Counted from the stretch's first letter, positions 12,335 through 25,877 are shown. The stretch: DNA of 64,000 nucleotides from Eledone cirrhosa (GCA_964016885.1 OZ024744.1:33356001-33420000), one strand, 5' to 3'. The notes: generated from the letters alone by a model not told the origin. Made by a program: numbers and translations.

Positions 12335-12426
12335 ATTGGTTTTTAATTCTCACAAGTAATCTCTTATCTCTCCATCTTGATTGGTTTGTACATTACAACG
12401 TCATACATAGTGTATATATACATAGC

Positions 12427-12460
<34 letters not shown>

Positions 12461-12552
12461 GCTATGTATATATACACTATGTATGACGTTGTAATGTACA
12501 AACAAATCAAGATGGAGAGATAAGAGATTACTTGTGAGAATTATAAACCAAT
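12335..12552. repeat. Near-perfect fold-back (~95 bp arms) centred on (TA)n
   Basis: ATTGGTTT..TTCTCACAAGTAATCTC...CATAGCATG-(TA)n-CATGCTATG...GAGATTACTTGTGAGAA..AAACCAAT. Confidence 0.9.
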
Positions 12553-12624
12553 TATAAACCAATATGTTGATTTAAAACTGCACTATCCACAAGTGTTTTT
12601 TAGCCTTCATATCATGTTCTCCTG

Positions 12625-12691
12625 TTTTATCTGATGAAAACACAAATATTATTGCATGATGATGTTTGTTTTTGAAATGCGCATAATAAAA
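12625..12691 (+). ncRNA. Type I hammerhead ribozyme (same family as 54822-54888)
   Basis: TTTTAT-CTGATGA-long stem II-GAAA-tgcgca-TA-ATAAAA. Confidence 0.8.
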
Positions 12692-12723
12692 TACATGGAA
12701 CTCCTTTAACCATCTTTTGATCT

Positions 12724-12759
<36 letters not shown>

Positions 12760-12949
12760 ATATATATATATATAGAGAGGGGGGGGGGGGCAATGAAATC
12801 TACGGGACTAGAACTGCTTCACATGAATGAAAAAGTTCTTGTTCCGTAGATGTCATTTCTATATAAGATAAAGCTGCCTAAACTCTACCAATGTTTTGAG
12901 TACTTTTTTTAACTGTGAGCACCGATCACCTCCCAATGCCCTTCGGAAA

Positions 12950-13330
12950 CTCGCCCATAATTATAACTATTGAATCCATGCATTCTTTGAGGTGAAGTTT
13001 CGTGTTTTAATATCGATGACCAGGATTTCATCCAGCGGATTGCATGGTGAAGATTCGCATAGCGTGTTTACAAACAAACCTAAGGATGTTTCTAATGTTT
13101 TCCTTTAGTTAAATGATGGGCCTGGTTTGTTGACTTATACCCTATCCTTCAGATATTCTCAAAGAAAAATATCTGGGTGATGTCTTGGTGGTTTAAATCA
13201 GGGCTGTGTGGGGCCCACACAAAATTAGTTTTCAAACTGATCACACGATTTCTAAAGTTATTTTCTCAGCCATGCTCGAGTCACATCGTAGGTGTGAGGG
13301 CTTGCTTCGTCTTGTTGGAACCAGAACTTA
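12950..13330 (-). mobile_element. Tc1/mariner-superfamily transposase C-terminal remnant
   Basis: Minus strand FWFQQDEASPHTYDVTRAWL...FRNRVISLKTNFVWAPHSPDLN (consensus WFQQDGAP.H...WPP.SPDLNP). Confidence 0.75.
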
Positions 13331-14654
13331 TTCATGAGAGATGGGTACAGGACTGAGGGGGAGGGGCGCAGTGTGCCATTCATAAATGATTCCAAATTCC
13401 GAGCCTAATATCTATATACAAATTTGAGCAACTTTCGTCCGTCACACAATGTGTGTGTTTGTGTAAATGTATGTGTGTGTAAAAGAAAGGAAATGGATGG
13501 GGAAAAAGCTTTAGTAAAACAGCGGTTGACGTTCCATTTGCTGCGCTGTGTGTGGGTGTACGAGTGTGTTTGTGAAAATGTATGAGTGTGTGTGTGTGTT
13601 TGTGTGAATGTATGTATGTTTTTGTGTGAATGTATGTCTGTTTTTGTGTAAGTCTATGTGCGTGTGTATTTGTGTGAATGTATGTGTATCTGTGTTTGCA
13701 CGTTTATATTTGTTATGCTAATACATATAAATGTTTGCATATGTACATACACACACACACACATATACACGCGTTTATATTTATATATTTATACATATAA
13801 ATGTATGCATCTGCACATGCACACACGTACATACATATACGTGTCAGGGTGTTGAAAACATTTCAAAATTTTGTAAACTTTAATAGCTGCTGAGAACATT
13901 GTCTGTTTGGATGCTGAAGTGTGCATAATTAGAGTCCAGTCATTAAGACATTGTATTTTAATTATCTGTTCTGATATGGGTTTGAATGGCCGCCTGTATA
14001 GCTTTCTAATTGTGGAAAGGTTCCTGCCAAACTGGAAGTTATGAGTCATTATCTTCCCTCATTCTACGACTCTGATTTAAGGTGAAGTTCCACAGATCAG
14101 ATTAATATTAAGTAGCATAAAACCTGCTTTTATACTGAACAGCTCATATATACTCTGCACCTAAGTGGTAAGAAAATCTCAGGTGAGCTGAACAACATGT
14201 CTTCAAAGAAGAAACCCTTTCAAGCAAGTGTTTCGGCTCTTAACTTCTTATACTGTAAGGTGGCGAGCTGCATCCACGTCATGACTACTGGGTGGCCTTC
14301 TCATGATATTTAACCATTCGGATATAGGAGACTTTCTGTGAATCTAAACCATATGGGGATTTTGTTGACAGGATCTAGCGGAAACTCCTCTCTGCTGTAT
14401 CTGGAGAAGAATTCCAGCTAGATCCTGTTAATAAATTAAGTTATCAAGCCTGTGTATAACTGACAGAGAAAGATGCACGAGTTCGAACAATCTTCACAAC
14501 TTTGAGAATATCTCACAGAAGTTCCCTATATGGAGTTATGTCAAGAGCTTTTGTCGGATCCAGAAAGGTCATGAAAAGATCAGGGTGTTGCTCACTGCAT
14601 TAAAACTCCGACATCATCAACACCAATACTAACATCAACATTACCACCACTACC

Positions 14655-14935
14655 AACAAAACCCACATCACCACCACCACCACCAATCACAACGACAAAA
14701 CAATGCTAAGACCACTAACAAAACCCACATCACCACCACCACCACCAATCACAACGACAAAACAATGCTAAGACCACTAACAAAACCCACATCACCACCA
14801 CCACCACCAATCACAACGACAAAACAATGCTAAGACCACTAACAAAACCCACATCACCACCACCACCACCAATCACAACGACAAAACAATGCTAAGACCA
14901 CTAACAAAACCCACATCACCACCACCACCACCAAA
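14655..14935. repeat. 62 bp minisatellite, ~4.5 near-identical copies
   Basis: Unit AACAAAACCCACATCACCACCACCACCACCAATCACAACGACAAAACAATGCTAAGACCACT starts at 14655, 14717, 14779, 14841 and 14903. Confidence 0.95.
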
Positions 14936-15247
14936 AACAAAACAACAATAACAATTCGAAGACCACCAACACCTCCACCAGGAACACTAACCACAAAAGA
15001 TGACTCGACGACCACCACCGCCAACAACAAAATAACACTAAAGCCACCAACGCCAACACCAACACCAACACCTCCACCAGCAACACTAACTACCACCAGC
15101 ACTACCAACAACTACAACAAAAAACAATGACGTAAGAGTTATGTAAAGTTAGAACTGCTGACTGAGCTGATGATGAATTTCAATAGAACAGGTCATGTGG
15201 TATCCATCCCAACTGATATATGATTTACTAATGAAAAATATGATTAT

Positions 15248-15251
<4 letters not shown>

Positions 15252-15333
<82 letters not shown>

Positions 15334-15363
15334 TAACAATAATAATAATGGTGATGATGATGA

Positions 15364-15398
<35 letters not shown>

Positions 15399-15469
15399 AG
15401 AAGAAGAAGAAGAAGAAGGAGAAGAAGAAGAAGAAGAAGAAGAAGAAGAAGAAGAAGAAGAAGAAGAAG

Positions 15470-15503
<34 letters not shown>
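15252..15503. repeat. Compound trinucleotide microsatellite (AAT)n(AGA)n(ACA)n
   Basis: Directly visible. Confidence 0.98.
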
Positions 15504-15504
<1 letters not shown>

Positions 15505-15835
15505 AAGCAAGAAAAGTTGGGAGGGGGAATTATATGGGATTGAAGAAACATAAGTATATATAATATGTTGATGAGTGAAATCGGTGGTTGAGGGGGTGGG
15601 GGTTGGGAGAGAGGGCTGGAGTGATAGAATGAGAGGGAGGAGAAGTACAAGACGGAGATTGTTGGGCGTTGGTTGGTTTGTGTGTGTTGTGTGTTGTTAA
15701 GGCGTTAGTAGCCAAGTGTAACAATAGTAACGAAATAGTCCTCTGAGGCATTGTGCAAAACCATTTATTCTGGAAGCTGACACGTCTGAAAATGGTACTG
15801 GCACTGTTATATACTTATACACATATATATATGTC

Positions 15836-15990
<155 letters not shown>

Positions 15991-16122
15991 TTATTAAAAT
16001 ATATATATATGATATTATATATGTATATATATACACACACACATGCATGTATATGTATATATATATATATACACACACACATATATATATATATATGTAT
16101 ATATATATATGTATATATATGT

Positions 16123-16189
<67 letters not shown>

Positions 16190-16346
16190 TAGATATAGAT
16201 ATAGATATATATAAAAAATATGCTAGGTAGCAGAGTGTGTAACCGAGACTTCACCAATGTCTATATGACTATATAGTATTTTTAATACGTAATCATGTAA
16301 ACATGCCACGAAATACGAGTTTCAGTGTAAATTGAAAAAAAAAATG

Positions 16347-16403
16347 ATAAACACTTTTAATCGATTTTCTGAGCTGATTGGGCCCTCATCAGAAGGCGTC
16401 TAT
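16347..16403 (-). ncRNA. Type I hammerhead ribozyme
   Basis: Minus: ATAGACGCCTT-CTGATGA-GGGC ccaatca GCTC a-GAAA-atcgat-TA-AAAGTGTTTAT. Confidence 0.7.
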
Positions 16404-16474
16404 ATCATCCAATCATATATATATGTATGTGTGAGTGTGTCTGTGTGTGTATGTGTGTGTATACTTTTATATAT

Positions 16475-16575
<101 letters not shown>

Positions 16576-19018
16576 TACATATATACATATACACATATAT
16601 ACATATACATAGGTGGTGCTATTAAGTTAGTCATGGCCTGTGTGTCCACCTACGCATGTATGCATGTACATATACCTAAATATATGCATACATACATACA
16701 TACATACATACATACATACATACATACATACATACATACATACATACATACATACATACATACATGTGGTGGCTGCCAACTCGTTTTCGAGTATGGCCAC
16801 TACTTTATATCCATGTAGGAGAACCCCTACAGATGCGCTGAACGAGTGTGACTTTTTAGTCCAGCCAGCGACTTGAAAACTCTGGTACAAACACTACACT
16901 TGTGACAATTATTGACACATAGTGCTGGGCCCATGGTACCATGTGATGACGAGTGCAGAGAGAACTCTAGATATAAAGCAATGCTTGTGCCGTGAAGCTT
17001 TTATATTGAGCAAAGGCACTGCACAAACCAGTCCCACTCTCTTAACCAAGATGATATTTACCAAAAAGAAGAACAAGTCAACATCATTGGATACCATCAG
17101 GGTTGCAGGTGTTATATCAGAGTTTTCCTTCTCCTAGAATTCTGCCTTGACAAAGGCTAAGGGGTCATCTCTCCCGGTGATTTTGGATGGCCATTCACTC
17201 TTAAGAGCTCCTTTGCCCTTTAACAGGTTTTGTTTTAAGTCCTGCTGGATGTCCAAAGTCACCCTCCTCACCAAGAAACCTTGGTGGGGTTGCCAGTTTA
17301 GTCGCCAACGACCCAACCATGAGACAGGTTGTACTGGGATACATGTTACCAATAGTACCAACTGGTGACCTGACATGTGTGTGTGAGTGTGTCTGTGTGT
17401 GTATGTGACAGTATACTTTTATAAATATATACATGTTTTATACATACATACATACATACATACATACATACATACATACATACATACATACATACATACA
17501 TACATACATACATACATACATGGTGGCTGCCAACTCGTTTTCGAGTACGGCCACCACTTTATATCCATGTAGGAGAACCCCTACCGATGCGCTAAACAAG
17601 TGTGACTTTTTAGTTCAGCCAGTGACTTGAAAACTCTGGTACAAACACTACACTTGTGACAATTATTGACACACATAGTGCTGGGCCCATGGTACCATGT
17701 GACGACAAGTGCAGGGAGATCTCCAGATATAAAGCAATGCCTGTGCCGTGAAGCTTTTATAGTGAGCAAAGGCACTGCACAAAGCCAGTCCCACTCTCTT
17801 AACCAAGATAATATTTACCAAAAAGAAGAACAAGTCAACATCATTGGATACCATCAGGGTTGCAGGTGTTATATCAGAGTTTTCCTTCTCCTAGAATTCT
17901 GCCTTGACAAAGGCTAAGGGGTCATCTCTCCCGGTGATTTTGGATGGCCATTCACTCTTAAGAGCTCCTTTGCCCTTTAACAGGTTTTGTTTTAAGTCCT
18001 GCTGGATGTCCAAAGTCACCCTCCTCACCAAGAAACCTTGGTGGGGTTGCCAGTTTAGTCGCCAACGACCCAACCATGAGACAGGTTGTACTGGGATACA
18101 TGTTACCAATAGTACCAACTGGTGACCTGACATGTGTGTGTGAGTGTGTCTGTGTGTGTATGTGACAGTATACTTTTATAAATATATACATGTTTTATAC
18201 ATACATACATACATACATACATACATACATACATACATACATACATACATACATACATACATACATACATACATACATACATACATACATGGTGGCTGCC
18301 AACTCGTTTTCGAGTACGGCCACCACTTTATATCCATGTAGGAGAACCCCTACCGATGCGCTAAACAAGTGTGACTTTTTAGTTCAGCCAGTGACTTGAA
18401 AACTCTGGTACAAACACTACACTTGTGACAATTATTGACACACATAGTGCTGGGCCCATGGTACCATGTGACGACAAGTGCAGGGAGATCTCCAGATATA
18501 AAGCAATGCCTGTGCCGTGAAGCTTTTATAGTGAGCAAAGGCACTGCACAAAGCCAGTCCCACTCTCTTAACCAAGATAATATTTACCAAAAAGAAGAAC
18601 AAGTCAACATCATTGGATACCATCAGGGTTGCAGGTGTTATATCAGAGTTTTCCTTCTCCTAGAATTCTGCCTTGACAAAGGCTAATGGGTCATCTCTCC
18701 CAGTGATTTGGGATGGCCATTGACTCTAAAGAGCTCCTTTGCCCTTTGACAGGTTTTGTTTTTAGTCCTGCAGGATGTCCAAAGTCACCCTCCTCACCAA
18801 GAAACCTTGGTGGGGTTGCCAGTTTAGTCGCCAACGACCCGACCATGGGACAGATTGTACTGGGATACATGTTACCAGTAGCACCAACTGGTGACCTGAC
18901 ACATACATATATATTTATATATGTATGTATATATGTATGTATGTACATATATATGTATATATATATATGTATGCATGTATGTATATATATATATACATAC
19001 ATACACACATACACACAC

Positions 19019-19051
<33 letters not shown>

Positions 19052-20405
19052 TACATATATATATACACACACATACATATATACATACATACACATATAC
19101 ACATATACACATATACATATATACATACATATATATATATACATACATATACATATACATACACATATACACATATACACATATATACATATACATACAC
19201 ATACACATATATACATACATATATATATATATACATACACACACATACATATACATACATACATATATATACATACATACATATATATACATACATACAT
19301 ATATATATATATATACATATATACATATATATACATACATACACATATATATATACATATATACATATATACATACACATATACATACATATATATATAT
19401 ATATACATACATATATATATGCACATATACATACATATATATATATACATACATATATACATACATACATATATACATACACATATACATACATATATAT
19501 ATATATATATATACATACATATATATATGCACATATACATACATATATATATATATATACATACATATATACATACATATATACATACATACATACATAT
19601 ATATACATACATACATGCATACATACATACATATATATATACATACATACATATATACATACATACATACATATATACATACTTACATATATACATGGTG
19701 GCTGCCAACTCGTTTTCGAGTACGGCCACTACTTTATATCCATGTAGGAGAACCCCTACCGATGCGCTGAACGAATGTGACTTTTTATTCCAGCCAGCGA
19801 CTTGAAAACTCTGGTACAAACACTACACTTGTGACCATTATTGACACATAGTGCTGGGCCCATGGTACCATGTGATGACAAGTGCAGAGAGATCTCCAGA
19901 TATAAAGCAATGCCTGTGCCGTGAAGCTTTTATAGTGAGCAAAGGCACTGCACAAAGCCAGTCCCACTCTCTTAACCAAGATGATATTTACCAAAAAGAA
20001 GAACAAGTCAACATCATTGGATACCATCAGGGTTGCAGGTGTTATATCAGAGTTTTCCTTCTCCTAGATTTCTGCCTTGACAAAGGCTAAGGGGTCATCT
20101 CTTCCGGTGATTTTGGATGGCTATTGAGTCTTAAGAGCTCCCTTGCCCTTTGACAGGTTTTGTTTTTAGTCCTGCTGGATGTCCAAAGTCACCCTCCTCA
20201 CCAAGAAACCTTGGTGGGGTTGCCAGTTTAGTCGCCAACGACCCGACCATGAGACAGGTTGTACTGGGATACATGTTACCAGTAGCACCAACTGGTGACC
20301 TGACATACATACATACATACATACATACATACATACATACATACATACATACATACATACATACATACATACATACATACATACATACATACATACATAC
20401 ATACA

Positions 20406-20778
20406 TGATAGCTGCAAACTCTGCTAAGAGTTTTGCAATCACTTGTCAGATTCAGATGTTGTGACGCTTGGATATGGTATTTGAAGCCTGCTAGAGACTT
20501 GCACACCTTCGCACACTGACCGCAACCATGGACCTTTCTGGCCTCAGGTCTTTCATCGGGTTGCCTGTGAACTTTCCCAATACCATGGAGATCATATTTC
20601 ACTGGTTCTCTTTGAACATGGCTGCGACTGTGGCTCCTGAGACCAGATTTGCTCAAGCAAATCTTTCCACTCTCAGGGCACTTCAATTCAATGGAAACAC
20701 CGATCGTTTCGAGAGATACACCAGGGCATTACTTACGCACATCCCAATTGATCCTCTCGTGCTCTATGCGTCTGACCT
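20406..20778 (-). mobile_element. RTE LINE 3' end with two C2H2-like fingers and (TATG)n tail
   Basis: KCPESGKICLSKSGLRSHSRSH ... CGQCAKVCKSLAGFKYHIQ. Confidence 0.7.
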
Positions 20779-20807
20779 ACATACATACAAACATACATAC
20801 ATATATA

Positions 20808-21350
20808 ATACAAATATAATCTTATGGGACAAGGAGAAGAAAGCATGCACAGTAGTGGAAATTAGCTGCCCAGCAGATGCCAATGTAATATCAAAGATTA
20901 GTGAAAAGGAGAATGTTTATGCAGAACTAATGAGAAATCTGCAGATACTCCACCCTGATTAAACCTTCAGATTTATACCTGTGATTAATGGGGCACTTGG
21001 ATATGTTAGTAACTGCCTCAATACAAATATTGGGATGTTGGGCTTCACAGGAACAGAAAGAACACAAATAGTTAGGAAATTACAAGTACAATCCATTAAT
21101 GGAACAGTAAAAATATGTAAAACATTCCAAAAATGTTGCATCTAATAACTGCAAATACACATGTACAGATACAAAGCGTATGCACATGCACGCATACAAC
21201 TCAAAACATACACATCCACACATACAATAACATCCATATCTACACATGCAGACATACATACATATCTACCTAGTTGATGTTGTGTAAATTCCAATGAGAG
21301 AGTCTTGTGTCTATGTTAGAAACCGACTCTCTCTCTATTGGCAAACATTT
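20808..21350 (+). mobile_element. R4/Dong-type RLE 3' fragment
   Basis: IILWDKEKKACTVVEISCPADANVISKISEKENVYAELMRNLQILHPD; same family as 22795-23690. Confidence 0.8.
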
Positions 21351-22117
21351 GTGAAATTATAAAATCAGAAGAACATACATACATACATACATACATACAT
21401 TCATACTTACATATATACATGGTGGCTGCCAACTCGTTTTCGAGTACGGCCACTACCTTATATCCATGTAGGAGAACCCCTACCGAACCCCTACGAGTGT
21501 GACTTTTTAGTCCAGCCATTGACTTGAAAACTCTGGTACAAACACTACGCTTGTGACAATTATTGACACATATTGCTGGGCCCATGGTACCATGTGACGA
21601 CAAGTGCAGAGAGATCTCCAGATATAAAGCAATGCCTGTGCCGTGAAGCTTTTATAGTGAGCAAAGGCACTGCACAAAGCCAGTCCCACTCTCTTAACCA
21701 AGATGATATTTACCAAAAAGAAGAACAAGTCAACATCATTGGATACCATCAGGGTTGCAGGTGTTATATCAGAGTTTTCCTTCTCCTAGAATTCTGCCTT
21801 GACAAAGGCTAAGGGGTCATTTCTCCCGGTGATTTTGGATGGCCATTGACACTTAAGAGCTCCTTTGCCCTTTGACAGGTTTTGTTTTTAGTCCTGCAGG
21901 ATGTCCAAAGTCACCCTCCTCACCAAGAAACCTTCGTGGGGTTGCCAGTTTAGTCGCCAACGACCCGACCATGGGACAGGTTATACTGGGATACATGTTA
22001 CCAGTAGCACCAACTGGTGACCTGATACATATATACATACAAACATACATACATACATACATACATACATACATACATACATACATACATACATACATAC
22101 ATACATACATACATACA

Positions 22118-22535
22118 TACTCTCGGGTACCAAATAATAGGGGGATGCAATAAGTGGGGTGGGGTTGGACTTAGTGGTGTGTTGGATTAAGTGAAGTGGG
22201 GAATTGGTAATTTTTCTAGATTGTCTCCGTTGATTTAAAAAAAAACAGAATCAGTCGTTTAGATTACATGTTGAGACCCCAACCCATCCTATTTATTTTA
22301 TAACGTATGTAATTTCTAGTAATGTATTTTTTTGTCATGTATAATGTATTTTAATATCTAAAGAAAATTAATTGTCGCAGGAATGCTACTACTTAAAATA
22401 AAATGTCGCCGGAGAAAGATTAGGAAAAATCTAATAATCGGGTGGAAGAAGAGCGTGACTTGGTGGAAAAAATCTGAAAAATTGATAAGTTGTGTGTGTG
22501 TGGGGGGACGGACGATTATTCGGGGCGCGAGATTA
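22118..22535. mobile_element. Possible MITE with degenerate terminal inverted repeats
   Basis: TACTCTCGGGTACCAAATAAT at the left resembles the reverse complement TAATCTCGCGCCCCGAATAAT at the right; non-coding AT-rich interior. Confidence 0.35.
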
Positions 22536-22794
22536 AATACATGATAAAACACAAGTTGTAACCAGTACTAGAAATTTCCATACCAACAATGGCATTGACT
22601 GCCTCTAACTGAAACGTAAACAGAGTGGTAGAGATTTAGGATCAGTTCAAACAGCATCTGAGTGTCGTTTAATATGTATCCGACTACATCTACGAACCAC
22701 CATGCGTAGAAGTAATTCTGAAGAGAGAAATACTCCCTGCATAATAACCAAAAAATTCACACTCAGGTAAATTGCCCAGCAATACCGGAATAAA

Positions 22795-23690
22795 ATCATG
22801 GTTGAAAAACTGCATGATTATAAGCAAAAAATCATGCATGGGTATGTTGCCAGGAAGCTCCAGAGTGAGAGTAATATAGATAAACAAATTAGTCTATCTT
22901 GGACCAAAAACACTATATTTGCTCCCACTTTGAAGGATATGCTTTTGCAATCCAAAAACAGGAAATCAACACAAAATACCTCATTCACAAAAGAGATAGG
23001 GATGCAGGCAAAACACCTAAAAGTGACAACAAATGCAGAGTCTGCAGAATTAACATCGAAGAAGTCACCCATGTCATAAGCAGCTGTTCAAAGATGTCAT
23101 CACAGTACTATCTACCTATGAGGCATGATGTAGTGTACAATTCAATCCGTAGAAAAGATAGCCCCGATAATAAACACGTTAAAAGCTACAACAATGTGGA
23201 AGACATAATATGAAAGAATATTGGTAGAATGTTCCAGTAAAAACCCCAATAAAATGCAGGCATAACAGACCAGATATTATGATATGGGACAGGGAGAAGA
23301 AAGCATGCACAGTAGTAGAAGTTAGCTGCCCAGCAGATGCCAATATAATATCAAAGATTAGCGGAAAGGAGAATATTTATGCAGAACTGATGAGAAATCT
23401 GCAGATACTCCACCCTGATTCCACCTTCAGATTTATACTTGTGATTATTGGGGCACTGGGGTATGTTAGTAACTGCCTCAATACAGTTCTTGAGAAGCTG
23501 GGCTTCACAGGACCAGAAAGAACATAACTAGTTAGGAAGCTGCAAGTACAGCTGGAACTGTAAATATACGTAAAACATTTAAGAAATTCTGCATGTAATA
23601 ACTGCATATACACATGAATAGATACGGAAACGTACGCACGTGTACACATATAACCCAGACCATACAGATCTACACATGCAATAACACTAA
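22795..23690 (+). mobile_element. R4/Dong-type retrotransposon 3' fragment (CCHC knuckle + restriction-like endonuclease), frameshifted
   Basis: EGYAFAIQKQEINTK, CRVC...EEVTHVISSC, RHD, NRPDIMIWD...VEVSCP...K...Y, IIGALG. Confidence 0.88.
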
Positions 23691-24180
23691 ATCATTCTGC
23701 CATAATTTGCATAACAGTAAAGCAGGCATTGGCAACGTTTAATTAAAACGAGGCAACCAGAGGCTACAGTACGAAACATTTGGCCAACGCAGCGCCTCTA
23801 TAATTAATTTTATGATTTTTTTCTCTAATAAATAACTGCTTTACAATTTACATTATAGTTTATTACTGAAATAATTACAACTTTCTCACACAATTCTTTA
23901 CATAGTTTTATTTAAAAAGAGAAGTAACTTATAATTTTAATCATTCTTTTATATTTTATAACATTATTCCTTAATCTTAAGCTATATTTTTTTAATGTCA
24001 ATAGGTATGGCTGTGTGGTTAAGAAGTTCACTGTATAACCAAGTACATCTGCATTCGATCCTGTTGCTCCCTGTACAATTTTTATTTTGTTTTGTGTGTG
24101 TTTTCATTTATTTTTTAAAACAGTCACAAGTTGACTAATGGCACACGTGTGGGACTTGTTAGCCGCAAAGCCGGAAACCG

Positions 24181-24257
<77 letters not shown>

Positions 24258-24258
<1 letters not shown>

Positions 24259-25345
24259 ATACAATGTATATAATAATTAAAGAGTTTTTAATCTTTCAAA
24301 CATTTAATAACTAACAATCGTTTCATCCTAGCACAAGGCAGAAATTTTCAGGGTTATTATAAAATTTAAACACACATATAAGATCAAAACTTTGTCACAA
24401 GAACATTTGGGGGATACATATTATGAGAGGTGAGATAAGCGCAAGAATTAATATTTATGTAAGGTAACTGAGGCGGAAAAGTAGGAGCAGATACAATGCA
24501 ATAAAATAAAATAAAGTAAAAAAAACATACGGTTACAGATAAATGAAATACAGTAAAATCATGTATCATATGTAGTTGTGGACAAAATTGATGCTAAGAA
24601 AGTTAGTAATAGGAGACGGAGGAAAACATGCATTTCGAAATAAAGCTTAAGGATTTAAGAATTTAAAAAATATCAAAAAGGTTAGATGCACGTCTAGTAC
24701 AGCAATGGATTACAGAGAAGTGCAAGACTATAAGTTCGATCACACAATTCAGCCATAATAAGATTTTTTTTCAATACGTCCAAAGGAGTTATGTTGTGTT
24801 GAATAAACAAATAAAACAATCAAGCCTTCAAAATGAAGAAAAACTTAATATACATAGAAGTATTTTTTTTTACAACTACAACGGTACGCGATGGGGCCCA
24901 CCCACAGCCCCGCCCCGGCGGACAGAATGGCGAAGGCGTTTCCCCGGAGGACGGCGAGGAGGAAGATGCGCTGGAAGAGCCACTCTAACTCGTGGGGCTC
25001 ACACCTGCAGCTGGCCAGCTCAGCGCCTATGGCGGTGAGTAAGCAAGTAGCCCTGGGTAGCCGAGGACACACCAGAAGTCTCCACTGCCAGGGGTACGAC
25101 CGCAAACCTGTCGGAAAGCGAGCGGTATTTGAGGAGTATGGCCCCCTCAGCCCGACGTGCAGCAGAACCTGGGTTAGTTGCAGACTGCACCAGGTTGCGG
25201 CTGCAGAAAGTGTCGGTGCAAAGTTATTAAATATTTGAAAGATTAAAAACTCTTTGATTATTATTTACATTGTATTTCTGCTCTGTACTTATTATTTTAC
25301 ATCGAGCTACATTCATACTTGTGACTGGGTAATACTTAATATTAC
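24258..25345. mobile_element. PLE pLTR-like element with inverted ends (24258-24312 vs 25222-25276) and a degenerate minus-strand hammerhead at 24305-24360
   Basis: AATACAATGTA..AAAGAGTTTTTAATCTTTCAAA is mirrored at 25222-25276. Minus: TAATAACC-CTGAAAA-stem II-GAAA-cgattg-TT-AGTTATTA. Confidence 0.6.
24862..25222 (-). mobile_element. CRE-clade non-LTR retrotransposon 3' end (RLE C-terminus) with short poly(A)
   Basis: Minus reads CTDTF...PGSAARRAE....KYRSL...VPLAVETSG (frameshift) AIGAEL...WLFQRIFLLAVLRGNAFAIL; GC-rich island ending in A9. Confidence 0.8.
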
Positions 25346-25356
25346 TGACTATATAT

Positions 25357-25571
25357 ATATTTATTAAAATAACAGATTAAAGTTTAAGCAACGAATCGCT
25401 GCTTTCACCCTTAACGGCATCCCGTTAAGGGTGAAAGCAGCGATTCTTTGCTTAAATTTTAATCTGTTATTTTAATAAATATTTACTCTAGTGATCTTAT
25501 ATATTTGATATATATTTATCCTTATCGAGCCCTCTTTGGATTTTAGTCTTCAAATTTATTATTATTACTAT
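25357..25571. repeat. Fold-back (25357-25482) built from the Naiad (46 kb family) pLTR and folded inside the hammerhead, plus a tail to 25571
   Basis: ...GCTGCTTTCACCCTTAACGG catc CCGTTAAGGGTGAAAGCAGC...; the right arm and tail match 46476-46626. Confidence 0.88.
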
Positions 25572-25720
25572 TATATATATAAGAGTTACGGCCCTTTATG
25601 ATCTGAGTTCAAATCCCGCCGAGGTTAACTTTGCCTTTCATCCTTACGAGGTCGATAAAATAAAGTACCAGTAATGAACTGGGTATTTGCTGGCCTTGTG
25701 CCAAAAGTAGAAACAATTAC

Positions 25721-25793
<73 letters not shown>

Positions 25794-25877
25794 AGCATAC
25801 ACATATGTGTGTGTCACGAGTTGACCAATGCCCCTCGAGAAGGATTTGTGAGCCGGAAACTGTACGTACATGCATAA

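Larger units (their letters stand above)
16768..22026 (-). mobile_element. Same-orientation cluster of five family A non-autonomous RTE-derived elements (16768-17374, 17522-18131, 18291-18900, 19697-20304, 21421-22026) separated by ATAC/AT-rich repeats
   Basis: Every copy runs GGTGGCTGCCAACTCGTTTTCGAG...CCAACTGGTGACCTGA on the plus strand with high mutual identity. Confidence 0.9.

Noticed and set aside
13850-14060. Possible decayed hAT transposase C-terminus
   Set aside because: Similarity is too faint and no termini were found.
14655-14935. 62 bp periodic array as a CRISPR array
   Set aside because: Units are identical end to end with no unique spacers, there are no cas genes, and the context is eukaryotic.
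15757-15810. [17 protein letters not shown] resembling the Ty3/gypsy RNase H start
   Set aside because: Only ~17 codons with no flanking support; may be a real remnant but too short to call.
18691-19819. Long YI/HT/CV-rich ORFs here and at 15.2-16.8, 28.0, 34.6-35.3, 53.0-53.7 and 58.4-59.6 kb
   Set aside because: Translations of microsatellites that lack stop codons in several frames.
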